Source: Novakomyces olei
Lineage: Eukaryota
Length of the DNA: 64,000 bases
Direction of reading: 5' to 3'
NCBI GenBank assembly: GCA_016906335.1
Contig: JADEYG010000005.1
Span: forward strand, 186,001 to 250,000
A program made the translations under genes and the position numbers. Of this stretch, positions 42,910 to 54,636 are shown piece after piece; the stretch's first letter is position 1, and the number at the start of each line of letters is the position of its first letter. A model generated the notes under the pieces. It was not told where the DNA came from. It searched no databases and saw only the letters and a program-made list of their open reading frames with translations.

Positions 42910-43599
42910 CGCTATATACCTAATTTGCTCGCGCAGAATGGATTTAATGGTTGGTTGGCTATTTGATTTGTAAGGCAAACTATTACGCCTGTTATTGTAT
43001 GAGTAACAAAAGTGTTGCAAGTGACTATATATAACAGTACTTATATTATTTCTTTGAATCAAGTCTTTTTACATTGATAATTCTGTCTCCATTACTCGCT
43101 GAAATATCTAAATTCTATATTCTGTCTTTTGGATTTAGATTTAATTATTTGAATAGTATATATATGTATTTATTTATATATATATATATATATTCCTGAT
43201 CGCGTCTCTGCCTTGGAGACCTTTACCGTTCTTCACTACAGTCAGATAGTTTACATCTTTTATTCAAACTCCAAAATAACTTTAATTCGACAGAATTAAT
43301 TAGAGGTGTATTATATTACTAATGTACGACTAAACTAATTAGAGCTATTTATATATGAATAACGCTCAAAATTACTTATTTCTACGGATTTTCAAGAGTT
43401 TGAGAGATATCCGTTGTTTGACAATTATACTAAGAATTATTCGTCAATGTAACATTGACGTGCTATTATCGACGCATTGCATACAAGCAAGACTGTACGC
43501 AAGATTACATTTGAAATTAATGTAATGCAGATTGCGGTGCGTGAGTCAAGTAAATAACACTATTTTATTTCTTAACGTTTAGTATATATTTTTATATAT

Positions 43600-43945
43600 A
43601 AAATTATTTATTATTTATTATTTATTATTTATTATTTATTATTTATTATTTATTATTTAATATTTAATATTTAATATTTAATATTTAATATTTATTATTT
43701 ATTATTTATTATTTATTATTTATTATTTAATATTTAATATTTAATATTTATTATTTAATATTTATTATTTAATATTTAATATTTATTATTTAATATTTTT
43801 CATTTATTATTATTTAATATTTAATATTTATTATTTATTATTTAATATTTATTAATTATTAATTATTAATTATTATTTAATATTTAATATTTAATATTTA
43901 ATATTTAATATTTATTATTTATTATTTATTAATTATTTATTAATC
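43600..43945. repeat. AT-only heptamer satellite (TTTATTA / TTTAATA)n, ~345 bp
   Basis: Mixed array of two 7-mers, almost no G/C. Confidence 0.95.
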
Positions 43946-43956
43946 AACTATTACGG

Positions 43957-46900
43957 CTAATCATCCTGGGCAGGCACGTCATCGTGGAAATCGAGTCCGC
44001 GCCGAGTCGCTTTTATTACGCCAATGCGAATAACAAAATCGCCAAACTTTTCCCCATCGCCTCTCTCAGCCGCGTACCGCTGCAGCAGCGGCCGCAGGAT
44101 TTCAAGGATAGCGGCCTCGTCGACGCTGGCACGGTACAGTTTATTCAGCCGTTGGCCAAAGTGCCCTCCGCCCAAGTACATATCGTAAACGCCCATTGAT
44201 TTTCCAACAAAAGCAATCTCGGCAACATAAGGCCGAGCACAGCCGTTCGGGCAGCCCGTCATGCGCATGACGATATGGTCCCGGAGCAGTCCGAGCTCTG
44301 ACATGACAGTCTCCACTTTTTCCACAAGGTGGGGCAGGTACCTTTCGCTCTCTGCCATTGCCAGTCCGCAGGTTGGAAGTGCCACACAGGCAGAGGAGGA
44401 CATGCGAAGGCCAGAGTAGTTTACGTTGTCCAGACTGTACTTGTGCAGCAAAGCCTTGACTGCTTCCAATTGGCTGTCTGGCACATTTGATACGTACAGG
44501 TGCTGGTTGCCTGTCAGACGGAACTCGGCCTGGCCGCCTTGCTTGAGCAGCTGTGCCAGTTCTCGTAAGCCCTCTCTGTCACGTCCTTCTACCCTTCCAT
44601 TCTCTATAAACATGCCAAAATGATTGACCTTTCTAGACTTTTTCAAGTCAGACTTTTTCAAGTCAGACTTTTTCAAGTCAGACTTTTTCAAGTCAGACTT
44701 TTTCAAGTCAGACTTTTTCAAGTCAGACTCTTTCAAGTCAGACTCTTTTGAGCCAGAGTCAGAGCCAGCTCCGTCTGTTGTAAACCAGCCAAACCTGTCC
44801 ATATTGTCTGTCAAAGAGTAGGCTCGAGCAGGAGCAAACTGCCACCCCAGCCTGGCCTCTACTTGGGCACGGAACCAGTCGAGGCCGTACGAGTCGATAG
44901 TGTACTTGAGCCGAGCGTGTTTGCGATTGCCTCGGTCCCCGTGGTCCCTCTGCACAAGCATCACTTTTTCACACACGTCCACTACCTGCTCTGGCGTAAC
45001 AAACCCGAGCAGCTGGCCGAGGTTTGGGTACGTTTTCTTGTTGTTTCGTGTGGCTCCCATACCCCCACCAACAAACACATTAAAACCAGCCAGCTCGCTT
45101 TCTGTCTCGCTTTCAGTCTCGTTTTCAGTTTCAGTTTCAGTCTCAGTCTCTGTCTCTGTCTCTGTCTCTTTTTTCTGTCCTTTTTTCTGTTCTTTATTCT
45201 GTCCTTTTTTCAATCCTTTTTCCTTTTTCAATCCTTTTTCCTTTTTCAGTCCTTTTTCCTTTTTCAGTCCTTTTTCCTTTGTCTGTCCTTTTTCCTTTGT
45301 CTGTCCCTTTCCTGTCTTTGCAATCGCAATCAGCCCTACATCGTGGGCAAACACGTCCACATCGTTCATCGGTGGGATGGCAATGGATATTTTAAACTTG
45401 CGTGGGAGGTACGTGGGCCCGTAGAGCGGCTCAGCGTCGGGAACATGTACCCGCTCCACCGCTGAACCGGCAATCTGCTCCTTTGCACCAGTAATAGTAT
45501 CCGTCAGCCATATTTCGTGGTACGCGTGCGTCTGAGGCAGCAGCCGGTCAGAGATGCGGCAGGAAACGGCATAGACAGCAGTATGAAGAGCATCTGACGC
45601 AGGTACACTCGACACCATTACGTTCCTATTAACATCGCCACAGGCGCCAAGAGTAGTGAGCAGAGCTCTATTAATTGCCTGCATACTGGAGCGTAAATTG
45701 CGCTTTAAAATGCCGTGGAACTGAAAAGTCTGACGTGTTGTCAGTTTAAAAGTGCCGTTGCCAAACGCTTCACTAATTTCGTCCATCTGCAGCCACTGCT
45801 CGGGCGAGCAGACGCCAGCGGATAATCTGACCCGGATCATAAAGGCATAGGCCGGTTCCAGGCCCTGCAGCTTCCGCTCCTCTCGGATATCCCGATCGTC
45901 CTGCATATAAGTGCCATGGAACTTTGTCAGCTGCGTATCGCTCTCTGCAATTCTGCCAGTTGACCCGTCCGCCAGTCCCTCGGCAATTGTGCCTCGAAGG
46001 TAGTCTGACTCGATCTTTATATCCTCATTTGTCAGCGGCTTTGGCTCCTCTGTATCGGCCTCTAAGGCGACTCCGAGGGCTGTCCACAGCTGCGGCTCCC
46101 ACAGCGAATACTGCGTCTCGTACCCGTCCGGATCCTGATCGTCTCCGAGGCCGATTGGCACTAGTGCTTTGGCTCCAAGAGCCGAGAGCCGAGCGGCCAG
46201 TTCTTGGCCGGGCCGGTTGTAGTAGAGTTTGTCCTCCTTCCGTGGCCAATAATTGCTATCGCCAAGGCCAAACGTGGCCGTCTGCAGCCCACGCAAGTCG
46301 AGATCAGAGGCAGATTTAATACGCTCAAAGAACTCTCGAGCATTCTGAGGCGGTTCGCCTTGTCCGGCAGTGCAGACAATCGCTACAAGTAATTGCTCTG
46401 TCGGCAAATCCTCAAACACGTAATCGTCCATCGCCATTACCTGCGGCCTCAGCCCTCTCGCTGCCGCTCTCCGCCCGAGTCGGGCGGCAACAGATTCGGC
46501 ATTTCCGCCATCTGACCCGTACAGGATTGTGATTGGTGGGCCTGAAAGATTGCTTACCAGAGCAGCCAAAGCGCGTCTCGCGTTGCGTTTACGCGTCAGA
46601 CGCGCTTCGCTGCCAAAACTGTGGGATAGACTGGCAGCAAAAGTGGGATGCTTACTTGCCACCATGGTCAAGTAATTTTGTCGCTGCAAAAACTGCTGCA
46701 ATTCGAGGCGAACGCGTTCCGAGTCCAGCACGAAGCCGCCACCGTCCGCGTCACGTGTCGGGTCGAAGCGGTAGAGCGGCCAATACCCGGAATCGACCGC
46801 TTTTTTCGTCTCCTGCAGCACTGTGATTGGCGAATCGGCCTCGTTCGTCATCGGCAGATACGCCAGCACAACTGCCGGACCGGAAAATTTGTCAGCCTCT

Positions 46901-48936
46901 ACAACTGCCGAGATTACTTGGGAATAACTGCTGTAAACAGCAGTGCTGGCGACATAGGCGGTTTGCCAGTTCATTGCGTACAGACCAACGTCTTTTTTAC
47001 GGTCAGAAGCAGCAGAGCGAACGCGTTCGGTATAGGGTGTCGAGTCAATCACGAGCAATTTAAAGGGCAGATCTTGGGACAGGAGAGTGTGCAGCCCAGC
47101 GTTGCCCAAGTCATGAGCCCAAGCGTCTGACGTCACTATCCACTCTGACTGGACGGGCAGCAGTCTGCCGGCTTGTTCTGCCAAATTGCTTACATCTGCG
47201 TCAGAATCCTGGTCAGAATCCTGGTCAGGGGTCAATGAGGTGAGTATTTGCACTGCCTTGTCAGCGAGCCGGGCCGCCTCTGCCTTGTCGGCTCCGGTAC
47301 GGAGCGCCAGGTACTCTGTCAAAACTGCTGATTGCTCAGTAGAAAAAATGCCGCCTTGCTTGACCAAACGGGTTAGTTTGGCAATAAACTGCCGTCTTTC
47401 TGCGGCTAAAGCGACGAGTTTGCCGACAGCAAACTCGGGAGTTTGTGAGAATATTGAGTGGGGAGGGAGGGCAGTTTGTGACCCGTCTTTGCCCGAATTA
47501 GCAACGTGTAATCTGTCACCAAAAACGTTTTGCAGAATCCTGTAATACGCATCCTCAAGGGCCGGAGCTTTACGTACCGGAGCCTCATAATCTTGGGCCG
47601 CGTTAATGCCGAAAAGCAGCGACTGAATGGGCTCTTGAGCCCTCACGTTCTGGACAATACCCCTTAGCGCCTGCTTCACTGTATCGCTTGTAATCCTGCC
47701 CAAGTAACAGTCGACAAAGGTGACGCTGCCACTGCCCAATGGCGTTGCAGCATCGCTTACAACCAGGTCTAAAAGCACGGGGCCCCATCGGGTCACGGGT
47801 GTGCGTATCTGCTCCAGGACAGCCACGGACTGGACAGACACAGGGAGCGCCTGTGCCAATTGCTCTGCAGACCAGGGCCGGTAAACCCGTGGTTCAACAA
47901 GGGCCACGTTCTTTGCATCCACATTGCCAGCGGCAATTTCTCCAGCGATTAAACTGCCATAGCTGCCAAACAAAAGGAGGACAGCGTCTGGCCGAGTAGG
48001 GCCAGTGTAAGTGAAAAATTTATAGTTTCGTCCCGTAGATGAGCGGATAATGGCAAAGGCTTCTTCAATAAGGCGCACTGATTCGTTCTCTCCCTTCACT
48101 GACCCGTTTCCGGTCCCGTTTCCATTTGCTTTTCCATTCGCTTTTTCAGGCACAATGTCTTTTCCACCAGCCGGAGCGTCAGACGCTGACGCCCCATTGC
48201 CGTCTCCATTCACTTGCTCCTTGCCACTGGCTCCCACGCCATTCTGGTGCACTTGGCTCGACTGATTGAGAGCCTTTTCTGCTCCAATACAAGGTGCAAA
48301 ATAGACCGATCGGGGCCCATCCCTTGCATTATTATTGTTATTATTATTATTAATATTATTAATATTATTTTTATTGTCATCATCATCATTGCCGCTGGCA
48401 GTATTAATTAGATTGGCTCCAGGAGACAAGAGCTCGGCTTCCAGCGCCGGTTCATCGGCAACTGCCGGCTCTACCGAATTCTGAGTGGCAGTAAACACGT
48501 GCAGCACTCCACGGCCGGAGCGGGCAGAGACAGAATGGGCGACGAGTGCCATATCTTTGGCCTCTTGAAGGGATCGCGATATCAGAATGACGAAACCAGT
48601 CTCTCGCAGCTCCGCGACTGCTCCATAATCAGCGGGATCCTCTGCCAGTGCGAGATGAAGCACAAAAGGCAATTTTGCCAGTTGAAACAAGTGCGGAACA
48701 GCTGTATGAAGAGCGTTTCCGTTACATAAAACTGCCGTGCTCGACTCGGCACTCGCTTGCTCAAGGACACGTAGAAATGGATCAGCATTTGCTTTTATTT
48801 CCACCAAACTGCCGGCAGATTCTACTGCCGAAAACGTTGAGGGAGTCGCACTGAAAACGGTTGCCGCCGCACGCTCGGCAATAGAGGCAACAGCTTGTTC
48901 TCGGCGGTTGTGCCGTTGTGCCAAAGAGGCCACCAT
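43957..48936 (-). CDS. MET5: Sulfite reductase beta subunit (PFOR-like + flavodoxin + siroheme domains)
   Basis: KKDVGLYAMN; flavodoxin ILYGSDGGNAE, TAGQGEPPQNA; TKFHGTYMQDDRD; TTRQTFQFHG; ACGDVNRN; YLPRKFK; CVALPTC and TGCPNGC siroheme/4Fe-4S ligands. Confidence 0.97.
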   Translation of the reverse strand: MVASLAQRHNRREQAVASIAERAAATVFSATPSTFSAVESAGSLVEIKANADPFLRVLEQASAESSTAVLCNGNALHTAVPHLFQLAKLPFVLHLALAEDPADYGAVAELRETGFVILISRSLQEAKDMALVAHSVSARSGRGVLHVFTATQNSVEPAVADEPALEAELLSPGANLINTASGNDDDDNKNNINNINNNNNNNNARDGPRSVYFAPCIGAEKALNQSSQVHQNGVGASGKEQVNGDGNGASASDAPAGGKDIVPEKANGKANGNGTGNGSVKGENESVRLIEEAFAIIRSSTGRNYKFFTYTGPTRPDAVLLLFGSYGSLIAGEIAAGNVDAKNVALVEPRVYRPWSAEQLAQALPVSVQSVAVLEQIRTPVTRWGPVLLDLVVSDAATPLGSGSVTFVDCYLGRITSDTVKQALRGIVQNVRAQEPIQSLLFGINAAQDYEAPVRKAPALEDAYYRILQNVFGDRLHVANSGKDGSQTALPPHSIFSQTPEFAVGKLVALAAERRQFIAKLTRLVKQGGIFSTEQSAVLTEYLALRTGADKAEAARLADKAVQILTSLTPDQDSDQDSDADVSNLAEQAGRLLPVQSEWIVTSDAWAHDLGNAGLHTLLSQDLPFKLLVIDSTPYTERVRSAASDRKKDVGLYAMNWQTAYVASTAVYSSYSQVISAVVEADKFSGPAVVLAYLPMTNEADSPITVLQETKKAVDSGYWPLYRFDPTRDADGGGFVLDSERVRLELQQFLQRQNYLTMVASKHPTFAASLSHSFGSEARLTRKRNARRALAALVSNLSGPPITILYGSDGGNAESVAARLGRRAAARGLRPQVMAMDDYVFEDLPTEQLLVAIVCTAGQGEPPQNAREFFERIKSASDLDLRGLQTATFGLGDSNYWPRKEDKLYYNRPGQELAARLSALGAKALVPIGLGDDQDPDGYETQYSLWEPQLWTALGVALEADTEEPKPLTNEDIKIESDYLRGTIAEGLADGSTGRIAESDTQLTKFHGTYMQDDRDIREERKLQGLEPAYAFMIRVRLSAGVCSPEQWLQMDEISEAFGNGTFKLTTRQTFQFHGILKRNLRSSMQAINRALLTTLGACGDVNRNVMVSSVPASDALHTAVYAVSCRISDRLLPQTHAYHEIWLTDTITGAKEQIAGSAVERVHVPDAEPLYGPTYLPRKFKISIAIPPMNDVDVFAHDVGLIAIAKTGKGQTKEKGQTKEKGLKKEKGLKKEKGLKKEKGLKKGQNKEQKKGQKKETETETETETETETENETESETESELAGFNVFVGGGMGATRNNKKTYPNLGQLLGFVTPEQVVDVCEKVMLVQRDHGDRGNRKHARLKYTIDSYGLDWFRAQVEARLGWQFAPARAYSLTDNMDRFGWFTTDGAGSDSGSKESDLKESDLKKSDLKKSDLKKSDLKKSDLKKSDLKKSRKVNHFGMFIENGRVEGRDREGLRELAQLLKQGGQAEFRLTGNQHLYVSNVPDSQLEAVKALLHKYSLDNVNYSGLRMSSSACVALPTCGLAMAESERYLPHLVEKVETVMSELGLLRDHIVMRMTGCPNGCARPYVAEIAFVGKSMGVYDMYLGGGHFGQRLNKLYRASVDEAAILEILRPLLQRYAAERGDGEKFGDFVIRIGVIKATRRGLDFHDDVPAQDD

Positions 48937-49913
48937 TAGTGCAAAAGCAATTTGAAATCAAACCAGAAAAATATGAAGAATACTGTATATCTTATATAGC
49001 AGTATACAGCACCAATGCCCTGCAATCTTGGCTCGAGACTGAGCACGTTGAGGGGTAGCAAGGGACTCGTTGCTGCCTGTCCTGCTGTGCTTTGGATTGG
49101 ACTTTTATTTTTCTTTTTCTTTTCTTTATTTTTTTTTTTTTTGGGGGATTGGAGATATACTGTCAAATTAATTCCTGTAGTTATCCCTTCATAATATAAT
49201 TATTATTATTAGCCCGCTAGCCAGAATTTTGCTTTTAAATCCCGAAAGAATTGGTATTCGGCTTGTCTGAAGCACACAATTTGAATTGTTTTGTATCGCA
49301 TTTATATCATTGGCTGGTTCATTCGATTGCGTGATAAGAAAAAATAGTCGCACCAATCACAGGCACGTACTTGATAGAAGCCAATAAGCGCACATTGGTT
49401 TATCGTAACGTGGTTTATGGGTTAAGACCTGGTTATGCCAGATGAGGAACGGGATGGGTTTTAAGGTGTTGCGGTTTTAGCCTATTACTAGCTAGTGCAG
49501 TTCGCTATAGCGCGAACCTAATTCGAGGGAAACAGTGGCTTGCCAAAACATCCTATTGCTAAATGGACATAAATAATGACTTGTTTAATTTGCTAATCCG
49601 TTAATTAGCAACCAGGAATTATGTATCTGCTGCCCAATGAACCATGTACCGCGAGAGTGAGCGAAGCCCGACTTGTCCAGTAATAAAGACGGGGTAACAA
49701 CGAACCAAAATATAAATAATTAAAATAATGTGCTAAATTCAACCGCCCCTTAAACCAATTCAATTCCTTGCTGAACAGCTTCCAATCAGAGTCATGACAT
49801 GGAATATAAAGAAAATTAACAAAGCTAAATATAAATAAAATGAATAAATTAAAATAAATTAAAAACAGACATGGCCAGTCTTTAATGAATGAACGAAACC
49901 CATACTAAACCCC

Positions 49914-52900
49914 TCACGCGTCCAGAATTTCAACATGTTTTTCCTGTTTTTCTGTTGGAATCTCAACACGGATTCTGCACCGTTTACTAACACATTTAGA
50001 TCTGCCGTCTTTTATAAGCATATCATTGCTACTGTGCAAAGACTGAACGCTACTGTCAGAATAATTTTCTACTTCCCTTGACCCTGAATCGCTGTCCCAG
50101 CTTCCAAGCAGGCGAACACTCCTTTCTCTCTTTGTTTTTCTCCTTTTCACGAGCTTTGGAGTCGACGACGGAGACGAAGACAATCTATCATCCCCGACCG
50201 ATTCAGTAGCAAACCAGCCTCGAGCTGGCTCTTGCTGCCTTTCACTGGCGCCTTTTACCGGTAAATAATCGGCGTCTAATCGTTCACCAAAGCTCGTGTC
50301 CTCAGACTTATGTTTTGCCAAAATCTGGTCCGTGAGTTTCTCAACATCCGGCCTCTTGCTCTGGAACAGAGGCACTGCCGATGCAATATAATCACGGTAA
50401 AGTTCCGAGGCATACTTAAACCGGTACCGCGATCGCGGTAAGGCCACACCAATTTGAGAGGAGGAAAATGGAGTTGAATCAGAGGCATTTGCAAATGTAG
50501 CCCGGGCAATTTCTGAGCGCATTGCCGCATCATCTGTAGCAGCTTTAGCATGCAGCAATTCCTCGTCAGTCATGCGTAATCTTCGCTCTAATACTTTGGC
50601 CTCCATACTATCCTGCAGAATTATTGTCTCCACATAAACAGGCCGCGTTTGCCCAATTCTATGGGCTCTTTTGACCGCTTGAGCTTCGATGTTTCGCTGC
50701 CAAACTGGATGCATGAAATAGACACGGGTTGCACTCGATACATTTAGACCGTGCGATGCAAAATTGAGGTTCATAATGAGGACACGAAACGTTTCTGTTT
50801 CGTTAAAAGTTACGAGATACTCGGCCCGACGGGCCGGTGTTAGCCCGGCCGTTGTGTAGATCAAATAAGTAACACCAAAGACGTCCAAAGCCTCAGAAAT
50901 ATAAAACATTACATCATCGTACTCGCAGAATATTATGATTTTTTCGTTTGCCTGATACTGCAGAATCTGGTCGATGAGGTAGTTTAATTTTGCAGAACTT
51001 GTGCCCAGAATTTTAGCATGCGATAACGGACTTTGCTCGAGAAGTCTTTCCCTCGTTTCTGTGGAGGAGGCAGACAAGTTGCGTGCACGTTGACCTGGTA
51101 TTAGAATGAAAAGAAGGAAATAAATAAATAATAAGTAGATCTTCAAATAACTATATCTATTCTTACCAGCCTCTTCATCGGTATCGGAATCGGAGCTATC
51201 AACATTGATGACAGAATGATTAACGTTATTAGCATTATGAGACGAATGCGCATCATTGCTAGTGCCATTCCTCCTTTTAACCAATTTGTCGTCACTTTTA
51301 CCCGCCCGCTCCCCGGCCAAGTCCAGCATGGACTCCCGGACTCGTGCCAGAGTTTGGCTATTGCTCGCACTACGCCTCACCTGAGTTTTACCCCTTACTT
51401 TAGTCTCCTGATCGACGTCAATAATCCCCTGATCATGATCTTGGCCTGTGCTCGAAGCAGCTCTTCGATAGAGGCCCTCGCGCAGCAGTGCAGACAAGTG
51501 CTGGTCTACTGGCTGCATAGCAATATTAGCATAAACTAGCTTTTGCATGTTGACCAGGGCACTGCCAGCAAAATGCCGGCTATCTGCCACTCTCTCAAGG
51601 TTCCAATAAGGTGCTACATCCATACTAAAGTCGGATAGCACGTACCCAACCTCATGAGTCTCGGCAAACGTCCGCCAAAGCCGGTTGTTTAATGCTTCGC
51701 TAATAAACTTCTTTGACTGTACTAAATCATACCTGTCAGACTCGCTCAACACTAATTCGCCCTTGTCCGCCCGAGTCAGGGCATTCTGAGCAATATTTAC
51801 TAGTCCAGAAGTGTATTCGAGCGACCAGCCCGTCCACCAAAACGTTGAATGGGTCATATTCGTTACAAGCGCGCGTAAATGGTTTGCATTATTCGCATGA
51901 AATAAATAATCCTGATCCTTGCGCTCTGAAGTAATTGCATTTGTAACAATCAGAGCACGGAAAATGTACTCTGTTAGCTGATTATTATAGCTTGGGGGGA
52001 CATAGACGATAGTACTGTAAAGTGGAGGCAGATCGACTTCGCGCTCAATATCCCGTGGCTGATTGCGGACCATTAGCCTCTGCATTATATTGCGAACTAC
52101 CTCCATATGGCCGGGCGCCCGTGACCTAAAGGGCACCATCAAATGCCTCTGCCAGTATCTCTCATCCGTAGCAAAGGGCTGTACTTTGAGAAACTTGCGG
52201 ACAATCACTCCAAGTCTTTCCAAGTCACCTTTCTCATCCACACCTCGAGTGAAGGCGGTCCTAGACTCGGAATTATTATTATTTTTAATATCATTATCAA
52301 TAATGATACTATCGTTTTCATTATCATTTTCCCGATTTATATCATTATTTACTGCAGCAATCTGCTCCATTCCAACGGAAAGACCAACTAATCCTCTTGT
52401 TGGTGTCCCCGTGCAACACCATCGTCGATCTACTCGTAATTTAGAGGCAATTCTTGTTGCATTTGAACCGCCAGATGACATTGAATGGCCTTCGTCGACA
52501 CACAGTCGTTTCCAGTGGATTTTCATCAAGGGCGACTGGTAAGGCTCCTCCCCACGAGGCCGGCAGCTGCAGTCTCTGACCCTAGTGGAGCCTATATAAG
52601 GACAAGAGCAGGACAGAGGTACTCCCATAAACTGCAGGCCTCCATCCCTCTCTTCCTTGGCAAACCGTGAATGAGAAATCAACACTAGATCAAATTTTAA
52701 CAGCTCTTTAACCGTCGGAATCGGCTCCTGACCCTCTGTAATCACAATCGTCCTCAAGCCTGGCTGAGGCATTCCAGAAGAGTTTACTGCTGTATCAGAT
52801 TCTGCATAGCAATGCTTTCTTATTTCATTTCTCCACTGAACAACAAGTGTATCAGGCACAACAACTAGTGTGGCCGTTGAAAGAATCATTGGTTCTCCAT

Positions 52901-54330
52901 TTCTTTCAATCCGGCCGGCAGTTACGGCCCGATGAATACGTAAGCTTGATCTGGGTGGGATTTCATAGACACGCGCGGGAGATTCACGAATAGCTTTTAT
53001 ACACGACGGAGGCATAACCATATTAAATGGAGTCCAAACAACACGATTCCTCACTACTGAAGCTGCACAAATAGACATCAGACTTTTAGGAGTGTTTGAT
53101 CGTTGTTCAGGTTGAGATGCATCGCTCCATAATGGAGGGAGCCTGGCAAATTCGTCTCGTGAAGCCATAATAAGTGCCAGGGTAATACACGTTTTACCCG
53201 TTCCCATTTCCTCGGAAAGAATTCCACCAGCTACGTCTTCGTACAATGGAGGATCACGGTATATTTCGAAGTCTGGGCTCATGAAATAATCCGTAGATCC
53301 ATCGGCCGCCTTTAGCCTTCGCAGGCAAGGTTCTGGGCAAAGTCCGGGCGATAATTCGCGTAAAAGCATATGAAACACAGTACGACGCTGATAGGGGTAA
53401 AGAGGTGTCTTCATACCGGGAATAGAGTCTTCCAACACTGTCTCTAGGTACTGTCGCTCTTGATCGCTTAATCGGCTGAGTGATTCATCGATAGGAGGGA
53501 GTCTGATTTCGTTGTATATCTGCACAAGCGATACGGAGTCGTCCTAGCTATGAGCAAAGGATATATTAAATCCAAAAGGTTGATAAATTAATCAAGAAAC
53601 GAGTATTTAATTGATATAGTAATATGAAAATTCATCGAATTAGAAATTGAGTATAACAAGCCATCGGTATTGCACGCTAATTCCATGGACAAGAGACGAA
53701 AAAGATGAAAAAGCCTAGCCTCTCAGGAGAAGAATTAAAGAGGAAATTATAATGAAAAGCAGTCAATGCAATAACGTTATGGTAATTGAGACCAATGTAT
53801 CAAAAGAATAGCACGAGCCATGAGACGAAAGGGAATCGTTTTGCAATAGTCAGAGTATGCAGCGAAACTAAACTAAAATAAAATAAGACAAAATAAAATA
53901 AAGGATAAGAAAAGAGACTTTAAACTCTTACAAAGTGCCCATAGATTGTACTTCGCGGGGACTCGCTGGGCTCGCCGCTCCAACTTCGAGGCGAAACATC
54001 AAGGCGCTGCAACAAACGACCAAAAGCCTTGTGAGCCGACCCCGGCAATCCACCAATTGCATTGATTTGTGCACTTGATGGGTAGCGGTAGAGCCGCACA
54101 AACATGAGCCGCTCATTGTGGCTGTCACGACGATAAGTGAAGATGGTTCCACCGCTATTCGAGAGTGTCCGTAAATCATTTAATTCAGAATTTGAATTTT
54201 TAGGCCAATTTGATCCGTAACCCCATTGAAACCAGCCATCAGCAGCCAACTCCGGTGGAGGCCATTCAGGTGGGATGGGGACGCCTTGCAAAACGCCTAG
54301 TGGCACGTACTGTCCGAAACTGCCCTCCAT
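49914..54330 (-). CDS. SNF2-family helicase/ATPase, spliced (introns ~53931-53544 and 51166-51095)
   Basis: LYPYQ; GGILSEEMGTGKT; TLVVVP...QW; WKRLCVDEGH; RWCCTGTP; SHGLNV; EAQAVKRAHRIGQTRPVYV. Confidence 0.9.
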
Positions 54331-54636
54331 ACATCAATGAGCCATGGACTAATTAATTTTATTTTTGTAGAATTAATTAATTAATTACCAAAAATACATA
54401 ATTTACATTTGACCGTAATTTAATAAATTAGATAATAAACTGAATACTACAAATAAAGCAATAATCATATTATTCAAATATTTACGTAAAGTTATAAATA
54501 ATAATCAATTATGCTAGGCGATTATCCAGTATAATGCACTTTTCATACTGTTTCATGAGCTTTTAATTGATATATATCAGAGCGCTATCTATCCCACTCG
54601 TGTACAGACTGCTACAGTCGGTATTATGTCATTCGT

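Noticed and set aside
44633-44760. CRISPR-like repeat array
   Set aside because: Head-to-tail 15-mers with no spacers, inside a eukaryotic CDS, and no cas genes
43957-48936. PFOR-like + flavodoxin + siroheme architecture as a novel fusion
   Set aside because: This is the normal fungal Met5/Sir1 architecture
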